Shown here: positions 40,176 to 49,768 of the stretch, one piece after another | Numbering within the stretch: position 1 is the first letter of the stretch | Layout of the letters: the number at the start of each line of letters is the position of its first letter | Origin: Eubacterium sp. | GTDB lineage: Bacteria; Bacillota; Clostridia; Oscillospirales; Acutalibacteraceae | Assembly (NCBI GenBank): GCA_014465955.1 | Contig: JACTVT010000003.1 | Location: 3,213 to 67,212, forward strand | Length of the DNA: 64,000 nucleotides | Direction of reading: 5' to 3' | Translations under genes and position numbers: made by a program | Notes under the pieces: generated by a model | Seen by the model: the letters and a program-made list of their open reading frames with translations, nothing else | The model's database searches: none | Told to the model about the DNA's origin: nothing

Positions 40176-41033
40176 TTATTCAATCGGTTTCAGATTTTTA
40201 AGGCTTATATCCATAATCGGTGCTGAGTGGGTAAGTGCACCGCAGGAAACGAAGTCAACGCCGATTTCGGCAATTTCTTTCAGTCTTTCTTTTGTAACAT
40301 TGCCCGAACATTCTGTTTCTGCTCTGCCGCCGATGAGTTCAACGGCTTTTTTCATTGTTTCGTTGTCCATATTGTCAAGCATAATGATGTCAGCGCCTGC
40401 GTCAACAGCCTCCTGCACCTGCTTAAGTGTTTCTGTTTCAATTTCGATTTTTCTTACAAACGGGGCATATTCCTTTGCCATTGTAATTGCCTTTGTAATC
40501 GAGCCTGCCGCACCGATGTGGTTGTCTTTAAGCAGCACGCCGTCTGATAAATTATATCTGTGGTTTTTGCCGCCGCCTACCGTTACTGCGTATTTTTCAA
40601 ACGGGCGCATATTCGGTGTGGTTTTTCTTGTGTCAAGCAAAACAGTTTTGTAACCCTCAAGCGCAGCGGCATATTCTTTGGTAATAGTAGCAATTCCGCT
40701 CATTCTCTGAAGATAGTTAAGACCTGTTCTTTCGCCTGAAAGAAGTGCCTTGATATCGCCGTAAATCACACCGATAACCTGTCCTTTTTTAACAAAATCG
40801 CCGTCTTTTACTTCTGTTTCAAAATGTGAATTTTCATCAAGCAGTTTGAATGTTCTTTCAAAAATGCCAAGTCCGCAGATAATACCGTCCTGCTTGCAGA
40901 TTAAATCCGCTCTGCCGTTTTTGTTCTCAGGCATAACTGCGTTTGTTGAAACGTCTTCGCTTGTAATATCTTCCTTTAATGTGTTGAGAATATATTCGTC
41001 AACATTAATTTTCATTGTTACACCATTTATCAT
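40176..41033 (-). CDS. nadC: Quinolinate phosphoribosyltransferase
   Basis: ERTGLNYLQRMSG, DTRKT, HRYNLSD, LKDNH, IMLDN, GALTHSA. Confidence 0.97.
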   Translation of the reverse strand: MINGVTMKINVDEYILNTLKEDITSEDVSTNAVMPENKNGRADLICKQDGIICGLGIFERTFKLLDENSHFETEVKDGDFVKKGQVIGVIYGDIKALLSGERTGLNYLQRMSGIATITKEYAAALEGYKTVLLDTRKTTPNMRPFEKYAVTVGGGKNHRYNLSDGVLLKDNHIGAAGSITKAITMAKEYAPFVRKIEIETETLKQVQEAVDAGADIIMLDNMDNETMKKAVELIGGRAETECSGNVTKERLKEIAEIGVDFVSCGALTHSAPIMDISLKNLKPIE

Positions 41034-42330
41034 AAAAGGCTTTGTCCTTTCTTTTTATTTCGTTCATAATAAGTTCTTTGAATTCCTGTTCTCTTGCTTT
41101 TTTATCAGGGTAAGATGATAAATCTATGTCAGGAATACAGTCGAGTTTCTGCGGAATTTCTTCAGCAATTAAATCAGCGGCACGCTTTGAAAATACAAGG
41201 CTTTCAAGCAGACTGTTTGATGCAAGTCTGTTTTTGCCGTGAACGCCGTTGCAGGCAGTTTCGCCGACTGCATAAAGATGAGCCATTGATGTGCTGCCGT
41301 TAATGTCAGTCTTTACACCGCCCATCATATAGTGCTGACCCGGGGTAACAGGCACACGGTCCTTTGTAATATCATAGCCCTCGTCCATACAAGCCTCAAA
41401 AATATTGGGAAAGCGTTCCTTTGCCTCCTCGCTTGTCATAGTCGGCAGAGTTATGTAAACATGGTCTGTGCCGAATTTTTTCATTTCCTCGCAGATTGCA
41501 TTTGTAACAACATCTCTCGGCTGAAGTTCGTCTGTAAATCTTTCGCCGTTTTCGTTGAGCAGAACGGCTCCTTCGCCTCTTACGCTTTCGCTGATAAGGA
41601 AGCGCCTGCCTGCCTTTTTGCTGTAAAGTGTTGTCGGGTGAATCTGAATGTAGTTCATATCCTGAAGTTCAATGCCGTGCTTCAGTGCAAGTGCAAACGA
41701 GTCGCCCGTGATATGAGGAAAGTTTGTCGAATTATGAAAAAGTCCGCCTATGCCGCCTGTGGCAAGAATTGTGTTTTTGGCAATTATAATGCCTGTTTCA
41801 CCGTATTCATCTTCACATACAATGCCGAGGCAGTTGTTGTTTTCTTCCACAAGGTCAATCATCGTTGTCTGCGTAACAAATGTTATGTTTTCACGCTTCA
41901 TTGCAATTGAAAGCAGTGTTGCCGTGATTTCCTTGCCCGTTTCATCCTTATGGTGCAGAATTCTGTTTCTTCTGTGCGCACCCTCACGTGTATAGTCAAA
42001 ATTGCCGTCTGTTGCCGTGTCAAATTTAACACCGAGGTCAACAAGCGTGCCGATAACATCGGGCGATGATTCAATCATAACCCTTACACTCTCGGGATTG
42101 TTTTCGTAATGACCTGCCTTCATCGTGTCTTCAAAATAGCAGTCAAAATCGTTTATATCCTTTAAAACGCAGACTCCGCCCTGAGCAAGATATGAGTCGC
42201 ATTCTTTCAAATCTTCTTTTGTAATAACAAGAATATCCTTATCTTTCGGCAGGCACAGTGCGGCAAAAACTCCTGCAACACCGCTGCCGACTATAACGAT
42301 ATCCGTTTTAATGCAGTTTTTTATATCCAT
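41005..42330 (-). CDS. nadB: L-aspartate oxidase
   Basis: GSGVAG, LAQGG, REGAH, QIHPT, LISESVRGEG, HGKNRLASNSLLE. Confidence 0.96.
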   Translation of the reverse strand: MDIKNCIKTDIVIVGSGVAGVFAALCLPKDKDILVITKEDLKECDSYLAQGGVCVLKDINDFDCYFEDTMKAGHYENNPESVRVMIESSPDVIGTLVDLGVKFDTATDGNFDYTREGAHRRNRILHHKDETGKEITATLLSIAMKRENITFVTQTTMIDLVEENNNCLGIVCEDEYGETGIIIAKNTILATGGIGGLFHNSTNFPHITGDSFALALKHGIELQDMNYIQIHPTTLYSKKAGRRFLISESVRGEGAVLLNENGERFTDELQPRDVVTNAICEEMKKFGTDHVYITLPTMTSEEAKERFPNIFEACMDEGYDITKDRVPVTPGQHYMMGGVKTDINGSTSMAHLYAVGETACNGVHGKNRLASNSLLESLVFSKRAADLIAEEIPQKLDCIPDIDLSSYPDKKAREQEFKELIMNEIKRKDKAFYDKWCNNEN

Positions 42331-42331
42331 A

Positions 42332-43237
42332 TTATTTTGCCAGTTCCAACATTCTGTTAAGTGGTATTAATGCCTTTCTTTCGGTTTCACTGTCAACAAC
42401 CACCTCGTTAAGATTGTTTTCAAGGCAGTCACAAACCTTTTGTAATGTAATTTTTTTCATATCTGCGCAGACAGGCATAGGCTCTGTAAACCAAAACTTT
42501 TTGCCAGGGCATTTTTCCTGAAGTTCATACAGTACACCTGTTTCGGTAACGATAATAAATTCATCATCATCGCATTTTTCGGCGTAATCTATAATTCCGC
42601 TTGTAGAGCCGATATAGTCTGCAAGTGCAAGCACATCCTTCGGGCATTCGGGGTGCATAAGCACCTTTACACCCTTGTGTGCGTTTTTGACAGCCATAAC
42701 TTCTTCTTTTGTAATATCGTTGTGAATGGGGCAGAAGCCGTCGTTCAGAATGATATTTTTATCTGTATTTTCGGCAACGAATGAGCCGAGATTTTTGTCA
42801 GGTATAAAGAAAATGTTTTTGTTCGGCAGAGCGTTTACGATTTTAAGTGCATTTGCACTTGTAACGCATACATCCGAAACCGTTTTCAGTCTTGCAGATG
42901 AATTTATGTAGCAGACAACGGCAAGGTCGTCATACTTTTCTTTCATCTCAAGTACTTTTTCTTCGGTTGCCATATGCGCCATAGGGCAGTCTGCACTGCC
43001 GTCGGGCATAAGCACTTTTTTCTGAGGATTAAGAATTTTTGCAGATTCGCCCATAAATTCAACGCCGCAAAATACTATTGTGTCCGCCTTGCAGGATTTG
43101 GCGATTTTTGCAAGGTAATAACTGTCACCCACATAATCGGCAATCTCCTGAACAGAGCCGTCCACATAATAATGAGCAAGAATAACTGCGTTTTTTTCTT
43201 CTTTTAAATTGTTTATCTTTTCCGATAGTTTGTTCAT
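42332..43237 (-). CDS. nadA: Quinolinate synthase
   Basis: ILAHYY, FCGVEFMGE, DCPMA, CYINS, CPIH, HPEC, CADMK. Confidence 0.97.
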   Translation of the reverse strand: MNKLSEKINNLKEEKNAVILAHYYVDGSVQEIADYVGDSYYLAKIAKSCKADTIVFCGVEFMGESAKILNPQKKVLMPDGSADCPMAHMATEEKVLEMKEKYDDLAVVCYINSSARLKTVSDVCVTSANALKIVNALPNKNIFFIPDKNLGSFVAENTDKNIILNDGFCPIHNDITKEEVMAVKNAHKGVKVLMHPECPKDVLALADYIGSTSGIIDYAEKCDDDEFIIVTETGVLYELQEKCPGKKFWFTEPMPVCADMKKITLQKVCDCLENNLNEVVVDSETERKALIPLNRMLELAK

Positions 43238-43273
43238 ATGTATATGTTCCTTTTAGAGATTATACTTATTTTA

Positions 43274-43302
43274 ATATATAATTTATTCAGTGCTTTGTCA
43301 AG
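43274..43302 (-). promoter_or_regulatory. Sigma-A promoter of nadABC
   Basis: Minus strand TTGACA-17 nt-TATATT. Confidence 0.6.
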
Positions 43303-43430
43303 AATAATATCATTTTAAATTTATATTTATACATATTTATAAATTAATGTATAAAAATGTTGATTTATTTTTGCATTTTTGCTAATATCATTTTATATGG
43401 GAATTAAACTGCCTTTAATACGGTGATTTT

Positions 43431-44003
43431 ATGAATGTAAATGTTTACGATTTTGACAATACAATTTATGACGGCGAAACGCTTGTCGATTTTATTCTTT
43501 ATTATGTAAAAAGGGATATAAAAATATGGAAATATATTCCGAAACTGATTATTATTGCAATTAAGGATGCTACACATCTTTTTACGGTTGAAGAGGCTAT
43601 AAAGGCGTATGCGTCTTTTTTAGAGGGCTATTATGTTAATCTCGGCGATGTAGAGGAAAACGTTGTCGATTTCTGGAATAAAAACGAGAAGAAAATCAAG
43701 CCGTGGTATAAAACAGTGCAGAAGGATACCGATATTGTCGTTTCAGGCTCTACGGATTTTATTCTTGATGAAATTATGAAACGCCTCGGTATTAAAAATT
43801 ATGTCGGCTCAAGCATTGATAAGAAAACGGGCAAGTTCAAACGCCTTTGTTTTCTTGAAAACAAGGTAAAGATTTTTAATGAACTTTATCCCGATGCACA
43901 TATCGAGAATTTTTATACCGACTCAATGAATGATAAGCCTATGATGGATATTGCCGACCACGTATTTTTTGTGAAAAAAGACAAAATTACGCAGATAAAA
44001 TAA
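43431..44003 (+). CDS. HAD-IB family phosphatase
   Basis: YDFDNTIY, VSGS, K, FYTDSMNDKP. Confidence 0.88.
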   Translation: MNVNVYDFDNTIYDGETLVDFILYYVKRDIKIWKYIPKLIIIAIKDATHLFTVEEAIKAYASFLEGYYVNLGDVEENVVDFWNKNEKKIKPWYKTVQKDTDIVVSGSTDFILDEIMKRLGIKNYVGSSIDKKTGKFKRLCFLENKVKIFNELYPDAHIENFYTDSMNDKPMMDIADHVFFVKKDKITQIK

Positions 44004-44023
44004 CAGTTAAGTCAATTTGTATA

Positions 44024-44052
44024 TTGATTTTGCCTGAAAATCCTGCTAAAAT
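44024..44052 (+). promoter_or_regulatory. Promoter of the Ktr genes
   Basis: TTGATT-17 nt-TAAAAT with TG extension. Confidence 0.6.
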
Positions 44053-44169
44053 CATTATTTGCAAATTTTTAATATTGCAATTGATAAGGATAATATATTG
44101 CCGTGCCTTTTGCAGGTATTGGCTGACGCTTATATAAATTTTAAAAAATATTAATTCAGAAGTGTATTT

Positions 44170-45534
44170 TTGATGAAGAAAATTAAAATCAGTCCTATAA
44201 AAGTGAAAAGATTTTTTACTACATCCCGAATTATAATTGCAGGCTTTGCCGGCGTTATTATTCTTGGTGCAATCCTGCTTATGATGCCTTTTTCAAGCGC
44301 AGAGCATATAGTAACACCGTTTAAAGACGCTTTGTTTACGGCTGTTTCAGCAACATGCGTAACAGGACTTGTCGTTCGTGATACTGCCACATACTGGTCG
44401 CTTTTCGGTCAGATTATAATTCTTGTTATGATACAAATCGGCGGTATGGGTATTATAACTATTGCCGTGTTTTTTACACGCGTTATGGGCAGAAAAATCG
44501 GCATTATGCAGCGCACAACAATGCAGGAGGCTGTTTCTGCACCGCAGGTCGGCGGAATAGTGAAAATGACAGGCTTTATTATTAAAACTTCACTTTGTAT
44601 TGAACTGATAGGTGCGATTGCGCTCAGCCCTGTTTTTATAAAGGATTTCGGCTGGATAAAGGGCATATGGTACAGTGTGTTTCATTCTGTTTCGGCATTC
44701 TGCAATGCAGGCTTTGACTTAATGGGCGTTCGCTCGCCTTTTTCATCGCTTACATCATATTCGGGTAATGCGCTTGTAAACATCGTTATTATGCTGCTCA
44801 TCATCACGGGCGGCATAGGCTTTTTAACGTGGGATGATATTAAGACGCACGGTTTTCATTTCAGAAAATACAGAATGCAGAGCAAGGTTGTTCTGCTTAT
44901 AACCGTTTTTCTGCTTATAGTTCCTGCCGTTTATTTTTACTGCGCCGAATTTTCTTCATCATTGTTTAATGATATGACAGCAGGTCAGAAGGTGCTTGCA
45001 TCATTTTTTCAGACGGTTACTGCAAGAACGGCAGGCTTTAATACAATAGATTTTAATATGCTTAGTGAAACAGGCAGATTTTTGCTTATTTTGCTGATGC
45101 TTATCGGCGGCTGCTCGGGTTCGACGGCAGGCGGTATGAAAACGACTACTATTGCAGTGCTTTTCGCTTCGGTAGTGTCTGTTTTTAAAAGACGTCATAA
45201 TGCACGGCTTCACGGCAGAAGAATTGAAGATGAAACGGTTAAAACGGCGTCGTCAATATTTTTTATGTATCTTTCATTGTTTTCGCTGAGCGCAATGGCA
45301 ATCAGTTTTATTGAAAAAATTCCGCTTGTTGACTGCCTGTTTGAAACGGCGTCGGCAATTGCAACGGTAGGCGTAACAATGGGCATAACGCCTCATCTTT
45401 CAGCAGTATCGCATATCATTTTAATGTGTCTTATGTTTTTCGGCAGGGTAGGCGGACTGACGCTTATTTATGCTACATTTACAAAGCACGCAGATGTATC
45501 AAAACTGCCGCAGGAAAAAATAATGGTTGGATAA
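44170..45534 (+). CDS. ktrB: Ktr-type K+ uptake membrane subunit (KtrB/TrkH family)
   Basis: SATCVTGL, SAFCNAGF, ARTAGF, STAGGMK, GRVG. Confidence 0.88.
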   Translation: MMKKIKISPIKVKRFFTTSRIIIAGFAGVIILGAILLMMPFSSAEHIVTPFKDALFTAVSATCVTGLVVRDTATYWSLFGQIIILVMIQIGGMGIITIAVFFTRVMGRKIGIMQRTTMQEAVSAPQVGGIVKMTGFIIKTSLCIELIGAIALSPVFIKDFGWIKGIWYSVFHSVSAFCNAGFDLMGVRSPFSSLTSYSGNALVNIVIMLLIITGGIGFLTWDDIKTHGFHFRKYRMQSKVVLLITVFLLIVPAVYFYCAEFSSSLFNDMTAGQKVLASFFQTVTARTAGFNTIDFNMLSETGRFLLILLMLIGGCSGSTAGGMKTTTIAVLFASVVSVFKRRHNARLHGRRIEDETVKTASSIFFMYLSLFSLSAMAISFIEKIPLVDCLFETASAIATVGVTMGITPHLSAVSHIILMCLMFFGRVGGLTLIYATFTKHADVSKLPQEKIMVG

Positions 45535-45558
45535 TATAATGTTATATAGGAGAAAAAG

Positions 45559-46206
45559 ATGAAATCTGTTTTATTAATCGGTCTCGGCAGATTCGGCAGG
45601 CATATTGCCGAACAACTTAATGAACTCGACCACGAAGTTATGGCAGTTGATATTGATGAAGAAAGGGTAAATGCCGTTCTGCCGTACGTTACCAACGCTC
45701 AGATAGGTGACAGTACAAATGAAGATTTTCTGCGTACTCTCGGCGTTAATAATTATGATGTGTGCTTTGTTGCGATCGGTGATAATTTTCAGAGTTCGCT
45801 CGAAACCACTTCACTTTTAAAGGATTTGGGCGCAAAGTATGTTGTTTCAAGAGCGGCACGTGATGTACACGCAAAATTTCTTTTAAGAAACGGTGCAGAC
45901 GAAATTGTTTATCCCGAAAAGCAGCTTGCAAAATGGAGCGCAATTAAATTTACAAGCGAGCATATTTTTGATTATATTGAACTAGACAGTGAGTATGCCG
46001 TGTTTGAAGTAGATGTTCCGTATAACTGGGCAGGTAAATCAATCGGCGATCTTGATATAAGAAAAAAGCATAAAATCAATATCATGGCGATTAAGCGAAA
46101 CGGCAGTCTTGAACTTGCAATATCACCTGAAACAAGGCTTACGGCAACGGATACTCTTTTGGTAATCGGAAAGTATCACGATATTCAGAAATGTTTTCGC
46201 ATTTAA
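45559..46206 (+). CDS. ktrA: Ktr-type RCK regulatory subunit (KtrA/TrkA family)
   Basis: IGLGRFG, GADEIVYPE, C-terminal RCK_C; 215 aa. Confidence 0.88.
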   Translation: MKSVLLIGLGRFGRHIAEQLNELDHEVMAVDIDEERVNAVLPYVTNAQIGDSTNEDFLRTLGVNNYDVCFVAIGDNFQSSLETTSLLKDLGAKYVVSRAARDVHAKFLLRNGADEIVYPEKQLAKWSAIKFTSEHIFDYIELDSEYAVFEVDVPYNWAGKSIGDLDIRKKHKINIMAIKRNGSLELAISPETRLTATDTLLVIGKYHDIQKCFRI

Positions 46207-46440
46207 ACCGTGTCTTTTTCCGATTCGTTTGCGACCGCCCACAGTGCGGGATACAGGGAGCAATAAGAATTTGCAGTGGTCAAAATTTATGAGAACATTT
46301 ATGTTTGATAATAAATTTTGGGTACCACAATCCGATATGCTTCGTTATAGATAAAATTTTATTCAGTCACATATCCCGATATGCTCCTTAGAATAAAATT
46401 TCATCAAAGCCTTGCCTATCGAAAAAATCCAACGGTTTAA
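46203..46440. mobile_element. MITE-like palindromic element, copy 2, with a 112-bp nested insertion
   Basis: Same termini and GTCACATA..TATGCTCC..GCCTTG core as 19751-19877; TCCGAT repeated at 46219 and 46331. Confidence 0.65.
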
Positions 46441-46457
46441 CATATATGCAAAAGCTT

Positions 46458-46484
46458 GTGTGGTTCGCCGTTTTCGACGAACCG
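46458..46484 (+). repeat. Degenerate REP hairpin
   Basis: GTGTGGTTCGCCGTTTTCGACGAACCG versus 8757 GTAGGGGTCGCCGTCTTCGACGACCCG. Confidence 0.6.
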
Positions 46485-46539
46485 TTAAATGAAATGATAT
46501 AAATATATAACTCTTTTGTGATGAAAGGACAGCGTTATT

Positions 46540-47898
46540 ATGTATATAGTAATTTCGGGCTGCGGCAAAATCGGCAGAGATATTCTTGAAAATCTTGTTT
46601 CGGAAGGTCATGATGTTACTGCGATTGATACAGACCCTGCGATTATAGAAGAAGTTAATAATATTTATGATGTTATGGGTGTATGCGGCAACGGTGCGGA
46701 TTATGAAACACTTGAAGAGGCGGAAATTAATAAAGCAAATCTGTTTATTTCGGCAACCGGTTCAGACGAACTGAATATGCTCAGTTGCTTTTTTGCACGC
46801 AAAATGGGTGCTCATCATACTGTTGCAAGAATCAGAAATCCCGAATATAACGATAAAAGCCTTGGATTTATGAAAAATCAACTTCATCTTTCTATGGCAA
46901 TAAATCCCGAACTGATTACGGCACAGGAACTTTTCGGTATGCTGAAATTACCGTCTGCAACTAAAATTGAACGTTTTTCGGCAAGAAATTTTGCGCTGAT
47001 TGAGCAGCGTGTTAAGCCGACTTCGGCTTTAAACGGGCTTTCGCTGAGCGAAATCAGTACAAAATTTAAGTCGAATGTGCTTGTATGCGCAGTTCAGCGA
47101 AATAATGATACTGTTATTCCCGACGGTAATTTTGTTGTTGAGGCAGGGGATAAAATCAGCATTGCCGCAAATTTCAATGAAATCAATAAACTTATGCGTT
47201 CTGTGGGACAGTATCAGAAAAAAGCCCGCAGTATAATGATACTCGGCGGCAGTAAAACGTCGTATTACCTTGCGAAAATGCTTCTTATGGCAGGCAATTC
47301 GGTGAAAATTGTTGAAAAAGATATGAAAAAGTGCCAGCAGCTTTGCGAACTTCTGCCGAAAGCGGTTATTCTGAACGGTGACGGTTCAGATCAGGAACTT
47401 CTGCAGGAGGAGGGGCTTGATTCTCTTGATGCGTTTATTGCGCTGACGGGTATGGATGAGGAAAATATTCTTGTTTCGCTTTTTGCAATGGCGCATAATG
47501 TGCCTCAGGTTATTACAAAGGTTAACAGCAGTGAACTTGGCATTATGGCTGAAAAACTCGGTATTGATTATCTTGTATCGCCTAAGGCGTCTGCATCTAA
47601 TGTTGTTGTAAGATATGCACGTGCGCTTGAAAATTCAGCAGGCAGTAATATGGAAACACTTTACCGGATTATGGACGGCACTGCCGAGGCGCTTGAGTTT
47701 ATAGTTACCGAAGAATCAAAAGTTACTAACAGACCTTTAAAGGAAATTGCTTTTAAGTCAAATATTCTGATATCCGCCATTTTCCGCAAGGGCAAAACAA
47801 TTGTGCCTACGGGCGACGATTTTATATTAAAGGGTGATAAAGTTATTGTTGTTTCAACAAAACGGCACTTAAATAATTTAACGGATGTATTAAAATAG
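46540..47898 (+). CDS. trkA: Trk system potassium transporter TrkA
   Basis: 452 aa with two RCK units: GCGKIG, ARIRNPEY, LTGMDEEN. Confidence 0.93.
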   Translation: MYIVISGCGKIGRDILENLVSEGHDVTAIDTDPAIIEEVNNIYDVMGVCGNGADYETLEEAEINKANLFISATGSDELNMLSCFFARKMGAHHTVARIRNPEYNDKSLGFMKNQLHLSMAINPELITAQELFGMLKLPSATKIERFSARNFALIEQRVKPTSALNGLSLSEISTKFKSNVLVCAVQRNNDTVIPDGNFVVEAGDKISIAANFNEINKLMRSVGQYQKKARSIMILGGSKTSYYLAKMLLMAGNSVKIVEKDMKKCQQLCELLPKAVILNGDGSDQELLQEEGLDSLDAFIALTGMDEENILVSLFAMAHNVPQVITKVNSSELGIMAEKLGIDYLVSPKASASNVVVRYARALENSAGSNMETLYRIMDGTAEALEFIVTEESKVTNRPLKEIAFKSNILISAIFRKGKTIVPTGDDFILKGDKVIVVSTKRHLNNLTDVLK

Positions 47899-47911
47899 GC
47901 AGGTCTGAATT

Positions 47912-49354
47912 ATGAATAAAAAAATGGTGTTTCACATAATCGGCAGAATTATTCAGGTTGAGGCGTGCCTTTTGCTGCTGCCGCTTGCGGTTTCTTTGAT
48001 TTATAAAGAAAAATGCTGGATTTCGTTTGCGATAACTGCTGCTGTATCGTTAGCGGTAGGTACGGTTATGAATTTTGGCTCACGGGTAAAAAGCAAAGTA
48101 ATTTATGCAAAAGAAGGTTTTGTAACCGTTTCACTTGCGTGGGTGCTTATGTCTGCCGTAGGCGCGCTTCCGTTTGTTATCAGCGGCGAAATTCCGTCGT
48201 ATGTTGACGCTTTTTTTGAAACGGTTTCAGGTTTTACAACAACGGGCGCATCTATTTTAACCGATGTTGAGTCTATGAGTAAGGGAATTCTTTTTTGGAG
48301 AAGTTTTACCCACTGGATCGGTGGAATGGGTGTTCTGGTGTTTGTTATGGCAATTATTCCGTCAATAACCGACCGTTCCATTCATATTATCCGTGCAGAA
48401 ATGCCGGGTCCTATTGTAGGTAAAATTGTGCCTAAAGTTAAAAATACTGCAAAAATTCTTTATATTATTTATATAGCAATGACTGTTGTTGAAATTATAT
48501 TGCTTTGTATCGGAAAAATGCCGCTTTTTGAAAGCGTTGTTCATTCGTTTGGCTCGGCAGGAACAGGCGGTTTCGGCGTAAAGGCTGACAGTATTGCAGG
48601 ATACAGTCCGTATCTTCAGTGGGTTATCACTGTATTTATGTTTCTTTTCGGTGTTAATTTCAATCTTTATTATCTTATTTTAATAAGAAAAATTTCAAAT
48701 GTAATAAAAAGTCAGGAGCTTTGGTGCTATGTCGGAATTGCCATTGCTGCAACGGCGGCAATTGCGGTGAACACACATTCAATGTTTGGCAGTATCGGCG
48801 AAACTATCAGAGCATCGGCATTTCAGGTTTCTTCAATTATGACTACGACAGGCTATGCTACAACCGATTTTGCATTGTGGCCGTCATTTTCAAAGACAAT
48901 ATTGATTTTGCTGATGTGCATAGGTGCGTGTGCAGGTTCAACAGGCGGCGGACTTAAGGTTTCCCGTGTTGTACTTCTTTTCAAAATGATAAAAAAGGAA
49001 TTGCGCCATATGTTGCATCCTCGTTCAGTTAATGTGGTTAAATTTGAAGAGAAAACGGTCAGCAAAACGGTTTTGACAAATGTCAGTGTTTATATGGTGG
49101 TTTATGTTGCTGTTTTGCTTTCAACATTTTTACTTCTTTCGTTTGAAAATTTCAGTCTTGAAACGAATTTTTCAGCGGCAGTAGCATGCTTTAATAATAT
49201 CGGACCGGGTCTTGCAGAAGTAGGACCTAATGCAAGTTATGTGGCTTACAGTCCGTTTTCAAAAATAGTTCTGTCGCTTGCCATGCTTTTCGGAAGACTT
49301 GAAATTTTTCCGATGCTGTTTTTGTTTTCAAAATCAAGTTGGTCAAAAAATTAA
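47912..49354 (+). CDS. trkH: Trk system potassium uptake protein TrkH
   Basis: FFETVSGFTTTG, HWIGGMG, GSTGGGLK, NNIGPG, GRLE. Confidence 0.93.
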   Translation: MNKKMVFHIIGRIIQVEACLLLLPLAVSLIYKEKCWISFAITAAVSLAVGTVMNFGSRVKSKVIYAKEGFVTVSLAWVLMSAVGALPFVISGEIPSYVDAFFETVSGFTTTGASILTDVESMSKGILFWRSFTHWIGGMGVLVFVMAIIPSITDRSIHIIRAEMPGPIVGKIVPKVKNTAKILYIIYIAMTVVEIILLCIGKMPLFESVVHSFGSAGTGGFGVKADSIAGYSPYLQWVITVFMFLFGVNFNLYYLILIRKISNVIKSQELWCYVGIAIAATAAIAVNTHSMFGSIGETIRASAFQVSSIMTTTGYATTDFALWPSFSKTILILLMCIGACAGSTGGGLKVSRVVLLFKMIKKELRHMLHPRSVNVVKFEEKTVSKTVLTNVSVYMVVYVAVLLSTFLLLSFENFSLETNFSAAVACFNNIGPGLAEVGPNASYVAYSPFSKIVLSLAMLFGRLEIFPMLFLFSKSSWSKN

Positions 49355-49361
49355 AAATTTT

Positions 49362-49389
49362 AAAAGGCGGATTATATTCCGCCTTTTTT
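49362..49389 (+). terminator. Terminator after trkH
   Basis: AAAAGGCGGA-TTATAT-TCCGCCTTTTTT. Confidence 0.8.
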
Positions 49390-49768
49390 ATGTAATAATA
49401 TAATTGCTGTATTTATAATTAATATAAAACTGTAAGTTTGGAAAATATGTTTGATACATTTTGTAATATTTTTGTAATTTTTTATTTTGAAAAATAAATA
49501 AAAAATTTTTTTAAAAAAATTTTAAATCCTTTATTTAGCACGAATTTAAGCGTTTTAGCCATATATATTGTTGTTTTTTGACGTTTTTATATATTACAAA
49601 ACAGTATCGAATTATTAAAAGGACTTTATTTTTTTTGTATCATTTGCTATAATATGCAGGATAAGAAATAAGCACGGCAAAATCTGCATATTTCTTGATT
49701 ACATAATTGTAATGATTTACTATTTTTAGTTTTATATATTCTCATTATTGAAAACAGAGGTAACCATT

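Noticed and set aside
43259..43282. NrtR/NiaR operator upstream of nadA
   Set aside because: Only an imperfect AT-rich palindrome (ATTATA..TATAAT), not distinguishable from background by eye.
46220..46340. c-di-AMP riboswitch upstream of trkA
   Set aside because: The conserved GCTGAATCC / GGAGGAACC / GGGGTTAATC segments are missing; the region is better explained as a nested repeat.
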